Shown here piece after piece: positions 1 to 10,249 of a stretch of 64,000 nt of DNA (positions within the stretch are counted from its first letter, which is position 1; every line of letters starts with the position of its first letter). The position numbers were made by a program, and so were the translations under genes. The notes below the pieces were generated by a model that had not been told where the DNA came from, did no database searches, and saw only the letters and a program-made list of their open reading frames with translations. The stretch lies in IMG/VR virus record IMGVR_UViG_3300034375_010798; one strand, written 5' to 3'. Origin of the DNA: a virus.

Positions 1-1
1 A

Positions 2-907
2 GGCACTACAAGTAATGGAACTGGTGATAACCTTGCCGCAGCGACTGCCGCTATGATCATTCTCGCTAATGAAAATGTCGGCATAGGAACGGACGCGCCA
101 AGCTTTCGTCTTACCGTTCACGGTTCTTCTGGTTCTGATGGGGATTTTAACGGATATAATGGCACCACTACTGGCACTTTCCGACCAAATGGTTTCCTCC
201 CAGATTTGATGGTATGTAGACCTTATACTGGATTCAGTGGTGGTGGAAATACATTAAGAGGACATATGGCATTCGGCGACGGTGTTGGTATTTATTCCGT
301 CAACCCTAATACGGGAGGAAGTTCTCTTTATGGTGATATAAGGTTTTATACTTCGGTTTATGGATCAGGAAGTAGTTATTGCGCTATAGATAGAATGACT
401 ATAACCTGTGATGGTGAGGTTTGTGCTCATAAAACTATAGTAACACCAAAATTGGAGGTTAATGGTGATATATATCAAAACGGTGACACTTTTTATGAAA
501 CAAACAGTTTTACACCAACAATTGTCGCGAGCACTAGTAACCCAACAGTAGGATATTCAGTTCAATATGGTAGATATACTAGAATAGGTAATTTAGTAAC
601 AGTGCAAATAAAAATTGATATATCAAGTATCTCTGGTGGCAGCGGTCAATTGAGAATTGGGGGTCTGCCATTTACATCAAATACTGATGCCAACTACCGA
701 TCCGCGGGTATATCTTCTTTCACAAGAGGGTTTAATAACGGTGGGGGGGCAATTACTCTAAACATAGGGCCAAATACAACAGAAGCTGGTTTGTATAGAT
801 GGACTGATAGCAGTAATTTTGACACAGAACTAGCTCCTGCAGATATTTCTTCTGTTCCAGCTACAATCCATGCAAGTCTTACATATGAGGCTAATTCTTG
901 GACATAA
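2..907 (+). CDS. Tail fibre / receptor-binding protein, C-terminal part (5' truncated by the window edge)
   Basis: The frame is open from nt 2 (GTTSNGTGDNLAAATAAM...). It has an ENVGIGT..P...L.V fibre-shaft repeat and a C-terminal FTPT...GRYTRIGNLVTV...GLPF fibre-tip domain. GC is higher than in flanking genes. Confidence 0.75.
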   Translation, partial: GTTSNGTGDNLAAATAAMIILANENVGIGTDAPSFRLTVHGSSGSDGDFNGYNGTTTGTFRPNGFLPDLMVCRPYTGFSGGGNTLRGHMAFGDGVGIYSVNPNTGGSSLYGDIRFYTSVYGSGSSYCAIDRMTITCDGEVCAHKTIVTPKLEVNGDIYQNGDTFYETNSFTPTIVASTSNPTVGYSVQYGRYTRIGNLVTVQIKIDISSISGGSGQLRIGGLPFTSNTDANYRSAGISSFTRGFNNGGGAITLNIGPNTTEAGLYRWTDSSNFDTELAPADISSVPATIHASLTYEANSWT

Positions 908-1008
908 AAAAATAAAGTTTATAAAGTAAAATTAATTTATTAATATATATTAAGAGCAACCTAGTTAAAACAAAATAAAAGAATAATATACTATATATTA
1001 ATAAGTTT

Positions 1009-2172
1009 ATGAACCAGAATAAACAAATACAAATAACTGAAAAAGATAAAGTATATATATTAATACTAGCTGGAGGTATGGGAGCTAGAATAATACAAAC
1101 ATGCTTTATAAGATCTCTTATAAGAATAAGAAAACAAGAAAGAAATACATATCCTATACTAGTAATAGATAATAGTATAATAGGTCATATGGTTTCTTCT
1201 GCAATGTCTGGGCAGAACGTATATGGAGTTCAAGTTCCAGAATCTCCCAATCAATGGCCACATGATCCGGGTGTTATACCTATAGAAAATGGTTTTGAAC
1301 ATGGTATATATTTAGATAGTTGGCGTGCACAAAATCAATTTTTTAATCGTGATGAAAATATAATACCTAAACTTATAAAAAACAATATAGATAGAGTTTA
1401 TTCTATAGAATATGGCTTTAGTTTAACCAAACTAATCACTCAGCACAGATATAAGGATGATCCTAAATCATTTATATGTAATCTATACTCTAAATCTATG
1501 GCTAGTCCACTGGAATATGATGGTGGCCACCCTATGCTTAAGATTAGTGGAAGTAATAATAAAGTTAATAGTTTTATTAATCAAAATAAAAAACCTATAG
1601 TATTAGTTCATTTAGGAGTTGATAGAAACCCACATGAATTAATGTCTGGTATAAACTACAGAACACATAAAGTATGGTCACTTCAGCAATGGGGTGAGTT
1701 AGCTGCAAAATTAAAAGATAGATATTCTTTTGTTCAAGTTTTTGCAAACGAATATAATCCAGAGATACCCGGTATAACATCATTAAAAGTAGATAATTTA
1801 AATCCAGTATTACAAATATTACAATCTCAAAAGTGTAGAATGTTTTTAAGTATTGATAACTATCTACCACATTTAGCAGCTGCATTATTTCCCTCTATAA
1901 AAAGAAGAGGTGTTGTTTTATGGGGTAGTGTTTCACCTTATGTTTGGGGTTGGAAACATAATATTAATATATGGAATAAAAACTCATGTGATCAAGATGA
2001 TTTAGGTTGTTGGAGACCAAATATGTTTGATCAAGATAGAAATGGAAAACTATGGGTTTGCCCTTCTTACAGCTGTATGAAATCAATAACAGTTCAGCAA
2101 GTTATTAAAGAGATGAATAATTTAGAGGATATAATTAAAAAAGATAAAAAAGAAAATACGGTGATGTTATAA
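1009..2172 (+). CDS. GT9-like (ADP-heptose heptosyltransferase-type) glycosyltransferase
   Basis: Motifs AGGMGA near the N-terminus, K.WS..QW.EL, SIDNYLPHLAAAL..GVVLWG (GT9 DSG.MHLAAA...LFG equivalent), and a C-terminal Cys cluster C..GCW...C....CM..I. Confidence 0.7.
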   Translation: MNQNKQIQITEKDKVYILILAGGMGARIIQTCFIRSLIRIRKQERNTYPILVIDNSIIGHMVSSAMSGQNVYGVQVPESPNQWPHDPGVIPIENGFEHGIYLDSWRAQNQFFNRDENIIPKLIKNNIDRVYSIEYGFSLTKLITQHRYKDDPKSFICNLYSKSMASPLEYDGGHPMLKISGSNNKVNSFINQNKKPIVLVHLGVDRNPHELMSGINYRTHKVWSLQQWGELAAKLKDRYSFVQVFANEYNPEIPGITSLKVDNLNPVLQILQSQKCRMFLSIDNYLPHLAAALFPSIKRRGVVLWGSVSPYVWGWKHNINIWNKNSCDQDDLGCWRPNMFDQDRNGKLWVCPSYSCMKSITVQQVIKEMNNLEDIIKKDKKENTVML

Positions 2173-3998
2173 TGAAAAATTCTTATGTATTAGGTTTAAA
2201 TTGTGGCCATGATGGCAGTGTTTCTCTTGTTAAAAATAGAAAGATGGTTGGTTATATTGCAACTGAAAGATTAACTAGAAACAAGAAGGAACGAGGGATA
2301 AATAAAAAAACAATTAAATACATTTTGGATAAAGAAGGAATTAAATTAAAAGATGTTGATTGTGCAGTTATAACGAATTGGTTTTGGGATAAAGATTTAG
2401 AAGGAACAGAACTTTGGGATAAAACAAAAGAAGATTTTTCTATTGTTGATGCTAATGGAGTTGAATACACACAAGAAGATTGGTTTAACTTTCATCAAAA
2501 CACTAATATGGTTGCACAAGGTGTTTATGAAATGCAAATAGGTGAACAAAACATTCCTGTTTTCTTTGTTGATCATCATTTTTCACATTGTGCAACATCG
2601 TATTACTTGTCTCCTTTTAGAGATGCAATTTGTTTATCTGTTGATTTTGCAGATAATATGGGAACATCACACTCAGTATATTATTTTAATGACGATTTAA
2701 AGTTTTATCGTCCAATCCGTAGAGGGGGTGATTTTGATATAGGTAGCTTTTATGGTTCTATGTGTGATTACTTAGGTTTTTTCCCATCTCTTACTGATGC
2801 TGGCAAAGTAATGGCTTTGTCAGCATACGGTAAAGTAAATGAAAATATAGTTAATGGATTAGAGTGGCCAACTGTAAAAAGAATAGGTCAATTATTTCAT
2901 GGAGATCAATATAATTCATTATTGTATAGACATGGTATGCCGAATATACCAGAACGAAGAGTTTTTTACCCACAACTTAAAGGAGAAGGTGGGGTTGAAG
3001 ATATATCTTGGTTAGATAAAAAAGATTGGAAAATAAAAATAAATAAAAACATTGCGGCAGACACACAACATATATTAGAAGCTTCAATGATTAATATGAT
3101 AAAAGAAATTTTGTCTAATGTAAAAAATACAAAAAATATATGTTTATCTGGTGGAACTGTTTTGAATTGTGTTGCTAATGGGAAATTACAAAAAGCTTTT
3201 CCAGATTATAATTTCTTCATACCACCAGCACCGGGAGATGATGGATTATCAATAGGTGCATCCATTTTTATTGCGGAACAAATTCGCAAAAATAAAAAAG
3301 GTGAGATGAGTATAGAAATGACAAATAAGAAAAAAGTAGGGTATACAATATCTGATACTTTTACTGGCGGTAAGATTTATGACGATCAAGAAATACAATC
3401 AACAATAAAGGAATATTTAAATATAAATAAACCTAAATTAAATTATGAAAAATTATCAAATGATGATATTATTAATAAAATAACAAAAGATATATCTGAA
3501 GGAAAGATTGTAGCTTATTTTGAAGGCGGATCTGAAATAGGCCCAAGAGCCTTAGGTAATAGAAGTATACTAGCAGATGCACGCAACAAAGATATGAAAG
3601 ATAAACTAAATAAGAATGTAAAACACAGAGAAGAGTTTAGACCTTTTGCTCCTATGGTATTAAAAGAGAAAGCTCATGAGTGGTTTGATGTAGAAGAAGG
3701 ATATGAGTCACCATTCATGTTATTTAGTCACAAATCAATTAGGGGTAGTGATATTCCCTCTGGTGTTCATATAGACGATTCTGGACGATTACAGACGATT
3801 TCAGAGGATAATGGAAGAATATATGATATCATAAAAAAGTTTGATGAATTAACTGGTGTTCCTGTAATCATAAATACATCATTTAATGATAAGGGAGAAC
3901 CCATTGTAGAAACTCCAGAAGATGCAATGAAATGCTTTATAAAAACAGAAATTGACACTCTTGTTATGGAAGGTTTTTATGTTACTAAACAATATTGA
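2172..3998 (+). CDS. O-carbamoyltransferase, NodU/CmcH family
   Basis: Motifs HDGS, HHFSH, GKVMALSAYG, LSGG..LNCVANGKL, PAPGDDG.SIG, EIGPRALGNRSILAD, KHREEFRPFAP and NTSFN..GEPIVETPEDA. Confidence 0.95.
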   Translation: MKNSYVLGLNCGHDGSVSLVKNRKMVGYIATERLTRNKKERGINKKTIKYILDKEGIKLKDVDCAVITNWFWDKDLEGTELWDKTKEDFSIVDANGVEYTQEDWFNFHQNTNMVAQGVYEMQIGEQNIPVFFVDHHFSHCATSYYLSPFRDAICLSVDFADNMGTSHSVYYFNDDLKFYRPIRRGGDFDIGSFYGSMCDYLGFFPSLTDAGKVMALSAYGKVNENIVNGLEWPTVKRIGQLFHGDQYNSLLYRHGMPNIPERRVFYPQLKGEGGVEDISWLDKKDWKIKINKNIAADTQHILEASMINMIKEILSNVKNTKNICLSGGTVLNCVANGKLQKAFPDYNFFIPPAPGDDGLSIGASIFIAEQIRKNKKGEMSIEMTNKKKVGYTISDTFTGGKIYDDQEIQSTIKEYLNINKPKLNYEKLSNDDIINKITKDISEGKIVAYFEGGSEIGPRALGNRSILADARNKDMKDKLNKNVKHREEFRPFAPMVLKEKAHEWFDVEEGYESPFMLFSHKSIRGSDIPSGVHIDDSGRLQTISEDNGRIYDIIKKFDELTGVPVIINTSFNDKGEPIVETPEDAMKCFIKTEIDTLVMEGFYVTKQY

Positions 3999-4773
3999 TC
4001 AATATGATACAATAATACTTGGTTTCGGCGCACACACAATAAAGAATAGATGTGTTGAACAGCTAAAACCATTATTTGAAACTGGTAAGATAGATGCTTT
4101 TGTAACTAATGGAGCTTCTATCTTACATGATACAGAGATTGCTTTGTATGACGATACCAGTGAGGATGTTGAAACTACAATCAAAGAGGGTAAGTTTGGT
4201 TGGAATAGAAGAGTATGTGGTGATATAAACAACTTTATCAGCCTTACAAGAACTGATTCATTAGGTAAGTTGATTTCTAACTTCATTGGTTGGCAAGGTA
4301 ATCATAGAGATAAATCAGTATTTTGGCAAGCCCATCAGAATCAAGTGCAACCTATTGTATCTATTGGTATAGGTCATGATATATTTCAAATGTATGGAAA
4401 CTTTGATCCCGCACAGTGGGCAAAAGCTTCTTATAATGATTTTTTAAGACTTTGTAAGTTAGTAGAAAATACAAAAAGAGGTTTGTTTGTTTGTGTTGGA
4501 AGTAAAGTCTTTGTTCCTATGGTTATTGAAAAGGCGTTTTCTGTTGCAAAAAAACGTGATAGTGAATGTGTTTTTGATAGTTTAGTTTGTGATTTGTTTG
4601 ATTTAGAATCAGTTGATGGATCAGAGTATGTTAACAAAGACACATCTAAGGCTGGTTATTATGAACGTCAATTAAAAACTTTTGGTAGAATATCAGAAAA
4701 TATTGAATATCTTAGAATAGATAACAGAAATATATATCAGAGGATGTATGAAGAAATTACACGTAATAGGTGA
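3979..4773 (+). CDS. Deoxyhypusine-synthase-fold (DHS-like NAD-binding) protein of unknown function
   Basis: Motifs GFGAHTIK, VTNGA.ILHD.EIA...TSEDV, IG.DI and VGS.V..P.V.EKA resemble uncharacterised bacterial DHS-like proteins. Start moved to ATG 3979 behind a GGAAGG SD. Confidence 0.6.
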   Translation: MLLNNIDQYDTIILGFGAHTIKNRCVEQLKPLFETGKIDAFVTNGASILHDTEIALYDDTSEDVETTIKEGKFGWNRRVCGDINNFISLTRTDSLGKLISNFIGWQGNHRDKSVFWQAHQNQVQPIVSIGIGHDIFQMYGNFDPAQWAKASYNDFLRLCKLVENTKRGLFVCVGSKVFVPMVIEKAFSVAKKRDSECVFDSLVCDLFDLESVDGSEYVNKDTSKAGYYERQLKTFGRISENIEYLRIDNRNIYQRMYEEITRNR

Positions 4774-5536
4774 GTCATTTATAGATAGATATGTTTTTAT
4801 GCATTCTAATAGAATAGATCCTGCAACAAAAGTTCCAGTTATTTTATCTAATAAAGAAAAAGTTGACACTGATGGCGGTGCCGCTAATTTGATTAAACAT
4901 CTAAATTTTCTCTTTAAAGAAAACAAATACCATGAAATAGCTTTTTATACAAATGAAGATAAAATAATTAAAGAGAGATTTTATATAGACCATAACCCCA
5001 TATATAGGTTTGATCATGGAGATAGTGTAAAACATAACAAAGGAATGGTTCAAAATTTAATAAATGATTTAAATGAAGGTGATTTCCTTGTAATATCAAA
5101 CTATCATAAAGGATTAATAACAGATTATGAAATAAACTTACTAATAAAAGAAGCTAAAAATAAAAACATAACTTCTTTTATAGATACAAATATAGTAAAT
5201 AGTGAATATTATGGCGCTGATTATCTAAAAATAAATAATAAAACATTTTTAGAATATGAAAAAGATTATAGAGATGATATTAGCAAATATTTTCCTAATG
5301 TAATTGTTACATTAGGTATTGAAGGATACAAATATTATGGATATAGCCATATTTTACAAAACGGCGGTGGTCATACAAAATATGATTTTATAGATAGTAT
5401 TGGTGCGGGTGACTCTTTCTTTGCATCATTTATATATAATATTGTATGTGAAAAAAACATATATGATTCATTAAAAGAAGCAGATAATTATGCTGCTGAG
5501 AATTGTAAGAAACTTGGAACATTAAGTTTAAATTAG
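4748..5536 (+). CDS. rfaE1: PfkB-family sugar kinase resembling the HldE/RfaE domain I heptose-7-phosphate kinase
   Basis: VIGESFIDRY, GGAANL, SNYHKG, VTLG.EG and DSIGAGDSF match HldE kinase motifs (VIGD.MLDRY, GGAANV, SDY.KG, D..GAGDT). Confidence 0.8.
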   Translation: MKKLHVIGESFIDRYVFMHSNRIDPATKVPVILSNKEKVDTDGGAANLIKHLNFLFKENKYHEIAFYTNEDKIIKERFYIDHNPIYRFDHGDSVKHNKGMVQNLINDLNEGDFLVISNYHKGLITDYEINLLIKEAKNKNITSFIDTNIVNSEYYGADYLKINNKTFLEYEKDYRDDISKYFPNVIVTLGIEGYKYYGYSHILQNGGGHTKYDFIDSIGAGDSFFASFIYNIVCEKNIYDSLKEADNYAAENCKKLGTLSLN

Positions 5537-5591
5537 GTTTTTAATATATTAAAATATAATGTATACATAAACCTTTAAAGGAGATAATAAG

Positions 5592-5888
5592 ATGTCATTA
5601 AGTGTAGATGGAATTATTGAAAAGCGTCGAGGGCAGATGCAAGCAGTAGGTGAGATTCAAGAACAATTGAACGAAGCCCAAACAAGAGCTAATAATCTTC
5701 AACAGTCACTCATTCTAAATCAAGGAGCACTATTACAGTTAAACGCTCTATTAGAAGAATCTGGTGTTAACTTGGAAGAGTTGGATGCACAAGAACAACA
5801 AAGTGGTCAAGAGCCATTAGAAATGCAAGATGTTCAGACTATTGACACTACAGATGGTGATTCTGAAGAGGGTGATGAAAGTTTGTAA
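5592..5888 (+). CDS. Small coiled-coil protein with acidic tail, unknown function
   Basis: GGAG SD, Q/L heptad pattern, E/D-rich C-terminus. Confidence 0.7.
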   Translation: MSLSVDGIIEKRRGQMQAVGEIQEQLNEAQTRANNLQQSLILNQGALLQLNALLEESGVNLEELDAQEQQSGQEPLEMQDVQTIDTTDGDSEEGDESL

Positions 5889-5915
5889 TATTTATTAAAA
5901 AATATGTAGTTTGAC

Positions 5916-5985
5916 AAAAAAAGAAGTATATTTATAGTAGAAGTTTTCGGTTTTAAAGTATTGCTATAAGTAACTTCTTTTTTTT
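5916..5985 (+). terminator. Long imperfect hairpin / intrinsic terminator upstream of the sheath gene
   Basis: AAAAAAAGAAGT (5916-5927) pairs with ACTTCTTTTTTT (5973-5984). The inner TATTTATAGTAG pairs with TTGCTATAAGTA using G-U pairs. It ends in a T run. Confidence 0.6.
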
Positions 5986-6076
5986 ATTTTAGCTAAAACT
6001 TGTATATCTTACTTTTAGAAAAACTAAAATTATATACAATTATATATTAAACACATATATTTCTTGGAGAATATTA

Positions 6077-8716
6077 ATGGCTCAAGTATTTGTATCTCCC
6101 GGTGTGTATACTCAAGAAATCGACCAGACATTTAGACCAAATGTAGGTGGTGGTGGTGTTGGTGGTGCGGCTATTATAGGTCTTAGTGAAAAAGGACCAG
6201 CCTTTGTGCCAGTAAGTTTTACCAACGCAAACACTTTTGCCAACAGATTTGGTGTAAAAACTGACGGTGCAGAGGGTTATACATATCAGGCGGTTAACGC
6301 TTATATGAATGAAGGTAATAGAACTACCTTTGTTAGAGTTTTAGGTAAAGATTCTGCCACTATGGGAAAAGCTGGTTTATTGGCATTCCCAGCCGCTGGA
6401 TCGGCTACAGCTTTGGATGACGTTAATAATGTAATATTAGGTATCGTTAGACAAAGAACTGGAACAGACACTATATCTATTAAAGGAAAAGCTGAGAATT
6501 TTGAATTAGTGGTTGGTTCATCAACAGCAAGTGGTCTAAGTATGGACCCACAAGCTGATGGTTTTATAATTAATAGATTGGGAACAGATGCAGTTAATGC
6601 TGATTCATCTAGCCCTCTTCCAGATGTCTTTGTTGATACTGTTTATGGATATGGCGTATCTAGTGTTACAGGTGAGATAGCTAATGGCTCCTCCGCGGTA
6701 GATGTTTCAGTTGATTTTGATTCAATCGGGGGTGGTTTTTCAGAAGCAGGAACTCCTTGGGTGGTTTCTCAGAACTTAGGAAATTCAGTATCTAATCTTT
6801 TTAGATTTCATTCAATTGGTTCTGGTGACGCTGAAAACAAAAGCATGTATGTTCAAATATCAAATGTTGAAGAGAATGAGGCAGATGAATGGCCTACATT
6901 TGATGTAACTGTTGTTGGTATTACAGCAAATCAAGGAACAAATCCCGGATTTACAGATGCTGGTTGGTCAAAATCTTTTGGTAGTGTATCATTAAATCCC
7001 GAAGCATCTAATTACATAGCTAAAGTTGTTGGTGACGCTTATCCAGTGTATGATTTCAGTGAAACACCACCATTAGTAACATACAATGGTGAGTATCAAG
7101 TAACAAATAATTATGTTAGAGTTGAAGTAGCTAATAATATAACATCTTCACACAAGCCAGCTGGCGCTCGTGGAATATCTAGCATTGAGTATAATGTTGG
7201 TAATTCTGTTGCAATTGCTCCATTGTCATATACATTAAATCATAATTCAATTGGTGGTGGGCTAGAAGGATTAATTGGTATTGATTATTCAGACAACGGT
7301 ATGGTTGATAGACTTAAGAAAACATCAACAACTGTTGGTTCATCAACAGCTACAGACGCATTAGTTACAGAAAAGGGTTATTTGACAGTTTCTGGAACTG
7401 GCGAAGGTGGTGTGTTGAATCTTACTGAACAAACAGTGTCATATAACTTTGCGGCCACAGCTGCAAACACGCACACTATTACTCTTAGTGCAACATATGA
7501 TGTATCAGCTGATGATAAAATAACTATCTCAGGCGCAGATGCGCCGGGTGAACTCATCGGAACGTTTACTGTCTTTGGCCAGTTGGGCTCGAATGTAATT
7601 GCTATTGCGAATGATGAGGATGGATCGGCCCAAGCTAGCTCGACCGGCTCTAATATTGCTGGATTGAGTGTTACAATTGAATATTCTTCAAAAACAAATA
7701 ATATAACAGAGTTTGAAATAATTGATACAACACAGAATACAACTCAATTTAATCAAAATGATTTAATTAGGTTTAATGTTCCATTTACGGGTGGTTTTGA
7801 TGGTTTTGATTATAGAACTGATAAAGTCAAAGCTCTTAATGCATCAACAGATAGTTTAAGTGCCTCATATATTGACGCAATTAATATTCTAAGCAATCCA
7901 GATATTTATGATTTTGATATCTTGGCAACACCCGGTGTTCACAGTGCAAATGTTGGTGAAATTCCACAATTAGCCATTAATATGGTTAAGGGTAGAGGTG
8001 ATGCATTTTATCTATTAGATATTGGAACAGACGCTTCTGATATGGACGCTAATGGTAGAATGTCTATATCATCTGCTTTATCCGAGGTGGCAAAATATGA
8101 CAGCAGTTATGCTGCTACATATTATCCTTGGATTAGATTTCAAGGTAAAGTAATTCCTCCATCAATTCAAATGTTAGGTGTATATGCATTTAATGACAGA
8201 GCTGGTGGTCCTTGGTATGCACCTGCAGGGTTTAGAAGAGGATCTCTTCGTGGTGGTATTACTCCAACAAGACCTTTGACACAATCTCAGAGAGATGAAT
8301 TATACAAGGAAAATATCAATCCAATTTCTTCATTTACAAATCAAGGATCAGCTGTTTTCGGCCAGAAGACATTGCAGAGTAAGGCATCTGTTCTTGATAG
8401 AGTTAATGTTAGAAGAATGTTATTAAGTGTTAGAAAAGACATTTCAAGAATTGCTCGCACATTCTTGTTCGAGCAGAACTCAGCCACAGTTAGAGAACAA
8501 CTACTAAATAGAGTTAATAATGTTCTATCTAGTGTTCAATCAGCCAATGGTTTAACAGAGTTCAGAGCTATTCTTGATGAAACAACAACAACACCCGATT
8601 TGATTGATAGAAATATTATGATGGGTAAGATCTTCCTAAAGCCAACAAGTGCTGCAGAAGTTATTGTCTTTGATTTTACAGTATCTCCTCAAGGCGCGAG
8701 CTTTGATGAGGTTTAA
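6077..8716 (+). CDS. Contractile tail sheath protein (T4 gp18-like)
   Basis: Motifs FVSPGVYTQEID, GPAFVP, YAATYYPW, PWYAPAGFRRG, LYKENINPI, FGQKTLQ and LDRVNVRRML. Confidence 0.97.
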   Translation: MAQVFVSPGVYTQEIDQTFRPNVGGGGVGGAAIIGLSEKGPAFVPVSFTNANTFANRFGVKTDGAEGYTYQAVNAYMNEGNRTTFVRVLGKDSATMGKAGLLAFPAAGSATALDDVNNVILGIVRQRTGTDTISIKGKAENFELVVGSSTASGLSMDPQADGFIINRLGTDAVNADSSSPLPDVFVDTVYGYGVSSVTGEIANGSSAVDVSVDFDSIGGGFSEAGTPWVVSQNLGNSVSNLFRFHSIGSGDAENKSMYVQISNVEENEADEWPTFDVTVVGITANQGTNPGFTDAGWSKSFGSVSLNPEASNYIAKVVGDAYPVYDFSETPPLVTYNGEYQVTNNYVRVEVANNITSSHKPAGARGISSIEYNVGNSVAIAPLSYTLNHNSIGGGLEGLIGIDYSDNGMVDRLKKTSTTVGSSTATDALVTEKGYLTVSGTGEGGVLNLTEQTVSYNFAATAANTHTITLSATYDVSADDKITISGADAPGELIGTFTVFGQLGSNVIAIANDEDGSAQASSTGSNIAGLSVTIEYSSKTNNITEFEIIDTTQNTTQFNQNDLIRFNVPFTGGFDGFDYRTDKVKALNASTDSLSASYIDAINILSNPDIYDFDILATPGVHSANVGEIPQLAINMVKGRGDAFYLLDIGTDASDMDANGRMSISSALSEVAKYDSSYAATYYPWIRFQGKVIPPSIQMLGVYAFNDRAGGPWYAPAGFRRGSLRGGITPTRPLTQSQRDELYKENINPISSFTNQGSAVFGQKTLQSKASVLDRVNVRRMLLSVRKDISRIARTFLFEQNSATVREQLLNRVNNVLSSVQSANGLTEFRAILDETTTTPDLIDRNIMMGKIFLKPTSAAEVIVFDFTVSPQGASFDEV

Positions 8717-8744
8717 TAACTAGTCAAATTTTTACTTATGATTG

Positions 8745-8751
8745 TATTTAT
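8745..8751 (+). promoter_or_regulatory. Putative late-promoter element TATTTAT
   Basis: It lies 36 nt before the tube ATG. The same motif sits 33-35 nt upstream of the starts at 10510 and 48001. Confidence 0.4.
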
Positions 8752-8780
8752 ATTAAATGCAATACAAACGGAGATAAATA

Positions 8781-9275
8781 ATGGCAACACCATTTGAAGT
8801 AAATGTAATGTTGGCAGATACATTTGAACCCAAAAGGCAGAATAGATTTATCTTTCAGTTCGCTGATGATACAATCCCTGCTTTTGTGGCTCGCACAACA
8901 TCTAGACCTACTTACACTGCCGCTCCAATCACTATTGATTATTTAAATCAGAAGAGATATTTGGCTGGTAAGGGTGAGTGGGGAACAATTTCTATGTCAC
9001 TATATGATCCAATCGCTCCATCTTCAGCTCAGAAGGTTATGGAGTGGGTTAGACTTCAACATGAGACCATCTCTGGTCGTGACGGATATGCAGCCTTCTA
9101 TAAGAAGAACATTTCACTAAAGGCTCTAGATCCAGTAGGAGCTACAGTTGAAGAGTGGGATCTACGTGGGTGTTGGTGCACAGAGGTTAACTTTGGCGCA
9201 TATGATATGGCCAATGGCGAACCAATGAATGTCGATATCACAATTAGACCTGATGATTGTATATTAAGATTTTAA
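8781..9275 (+). CDS. Tail tube protein (T4 gp19-like)
   Basis: Directly follows the sheath. Motifs FEPKRQNRF, LYDPIAPS.AQ.VMEW.R, GRDGYA.FYKK and VEEW.L.G. Confidence 0.93.
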   Translation: MATPFEVNVMLADTFEPKRQNRFIFQFADDTIPAFVARTTSRPTYTAAPITIDYLNQKRYLAGKGEWGTISMSLYDPIAPSSAQKVMEWVRLQHETISGRDGYAAFYKKNISLKALDPVGATVEEWDLRGCWCTEVNFGAYDMANGEPMNVDITIRPDDCILRF

Positions 9276-9299
9276 TTCTTACTTACAATTAATTCTTAT

Positions 9300-9337
9300 A
9301 AAAACATCCCTTGAAAAATTCAAGGGATGTTTTTTTT
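9300..9337 (+). terminator. Rho-independent terminator after the tail tube gene
   Basis: Perfect inverted repeat AAAACATCCCTTGAA-aaa-TTCAAGGGATGTTTT followed by a T run. Confidence 0.9.
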
Positions 9338-9406
9338 GTATAAAAGATAATTAAATTTTATTAAAATTAACTAAATAATTATTTTTATATGAAAGGAATT
9401 AATATT

Positions 9407-10249
9407 ATGGCCGAAGATATTACAGCTGGGGTAGAATCTATATCTCCCCCGCAAGATAAAAAAACAGAAAAGCCAGATAGTGGTAATAAAGCTGGTTTTT
9501 CTGTTCCTACTGATTTTGTTCCGATACCATCTAAGGGAGTTATATATCCTCCAGAGTCATCATTGCATATGAAGGAACAACTTGAAGTAAGATTTCTAAC
9601 AGCTTCAGATGAGGATATTTTAACATCTCGTTCTTTACTTAGAAGTGGTAAGGCGTTAGATTACCTATTGTCAAGTTGTATTGTTGATAAAACAATTAAA
9701 GTAGATGAGATGATTTCTGGTGATAAAAACGCAATCTTAACCTTTTTAAGAATTACTGGTTACGGTCCAGAATACAAAACAGAAATAAGGTGTTCTTCAT
9801 GCTCTAATGATGTGGAGTATGATTTTGATTTAGGTAATGTAGGTGTAAAAGATTTAGAAATACAACCAGAACAAAAGGGAGATAACAGATTTAAGTTTGA
9901 TACTCCTTCTGGTGTTTCTATTGAGTTTAAGTTTTTAAACACTGCAGAAGAAAGACAAATCTCTGAACTTCAAGAAAAAATGAAGAAAGCTACAAACTCT
10001 CCATTAGATCAAAACATAACAATAAGATTGAAGAATCATATTATAAGTGTTAATGGTGATGCTGACAAAGAGATTATTAATAAGTATGTTGAAAATATGC
10101 CGGTAAGAGATTCAAGATCTATTAGAAAATATATTGAAGATCACGAACCAGATCTGGATATGAAGCAGGATTTTTCTTGTCCGCACTGTGGTAATTCTGA
10201 GGAGGTAGAGATGCCCATCTCTGTTTCGTTTTTTTGGCCTGACAGCTAA
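9407..10249 (+). CDS. Baseplate-hub / tail assembly chaperone (T4 gp26-like)
   Basis: Motifs V.IPSKG..YP, LTASDEDIL and GDKNAIL..LRITGYG..Y, two CxxC pairs, ends FFWP. Start at ATG 9407 behind an AAAGGA SD. Confidence 0.85.
   Translation: MAEDITAGVESISPPQDKKTEKPDSGNKAGFSVPTDFVPIPSKGVIYPPESSLHMKEQLEVRFLTASDEDILTSRSLLRSGKALDYLLSSCIVDKTIKVDEMISGDKNAILTFLRITGYGPEYKTEIRCSSCSNDVEYDFDLGNVGVKDLEIQPEQKGDNRFKFDTPSGVSIEFKFLNTAEERQISELQEKMKKATNSPLDQNITIRLKNHIISVNGDADKEIINKYVENMPVRDSRSIRKYIEDHEPDLDMKQDFSCPHCGNSEEVEMPISVSFFWPDS

Noticed and set aside
1-907. Possible diversity-generating retroelement target in the fibre tip
   Set aside because: I saw no reverse transcriptase or template-repeat copy in the window.
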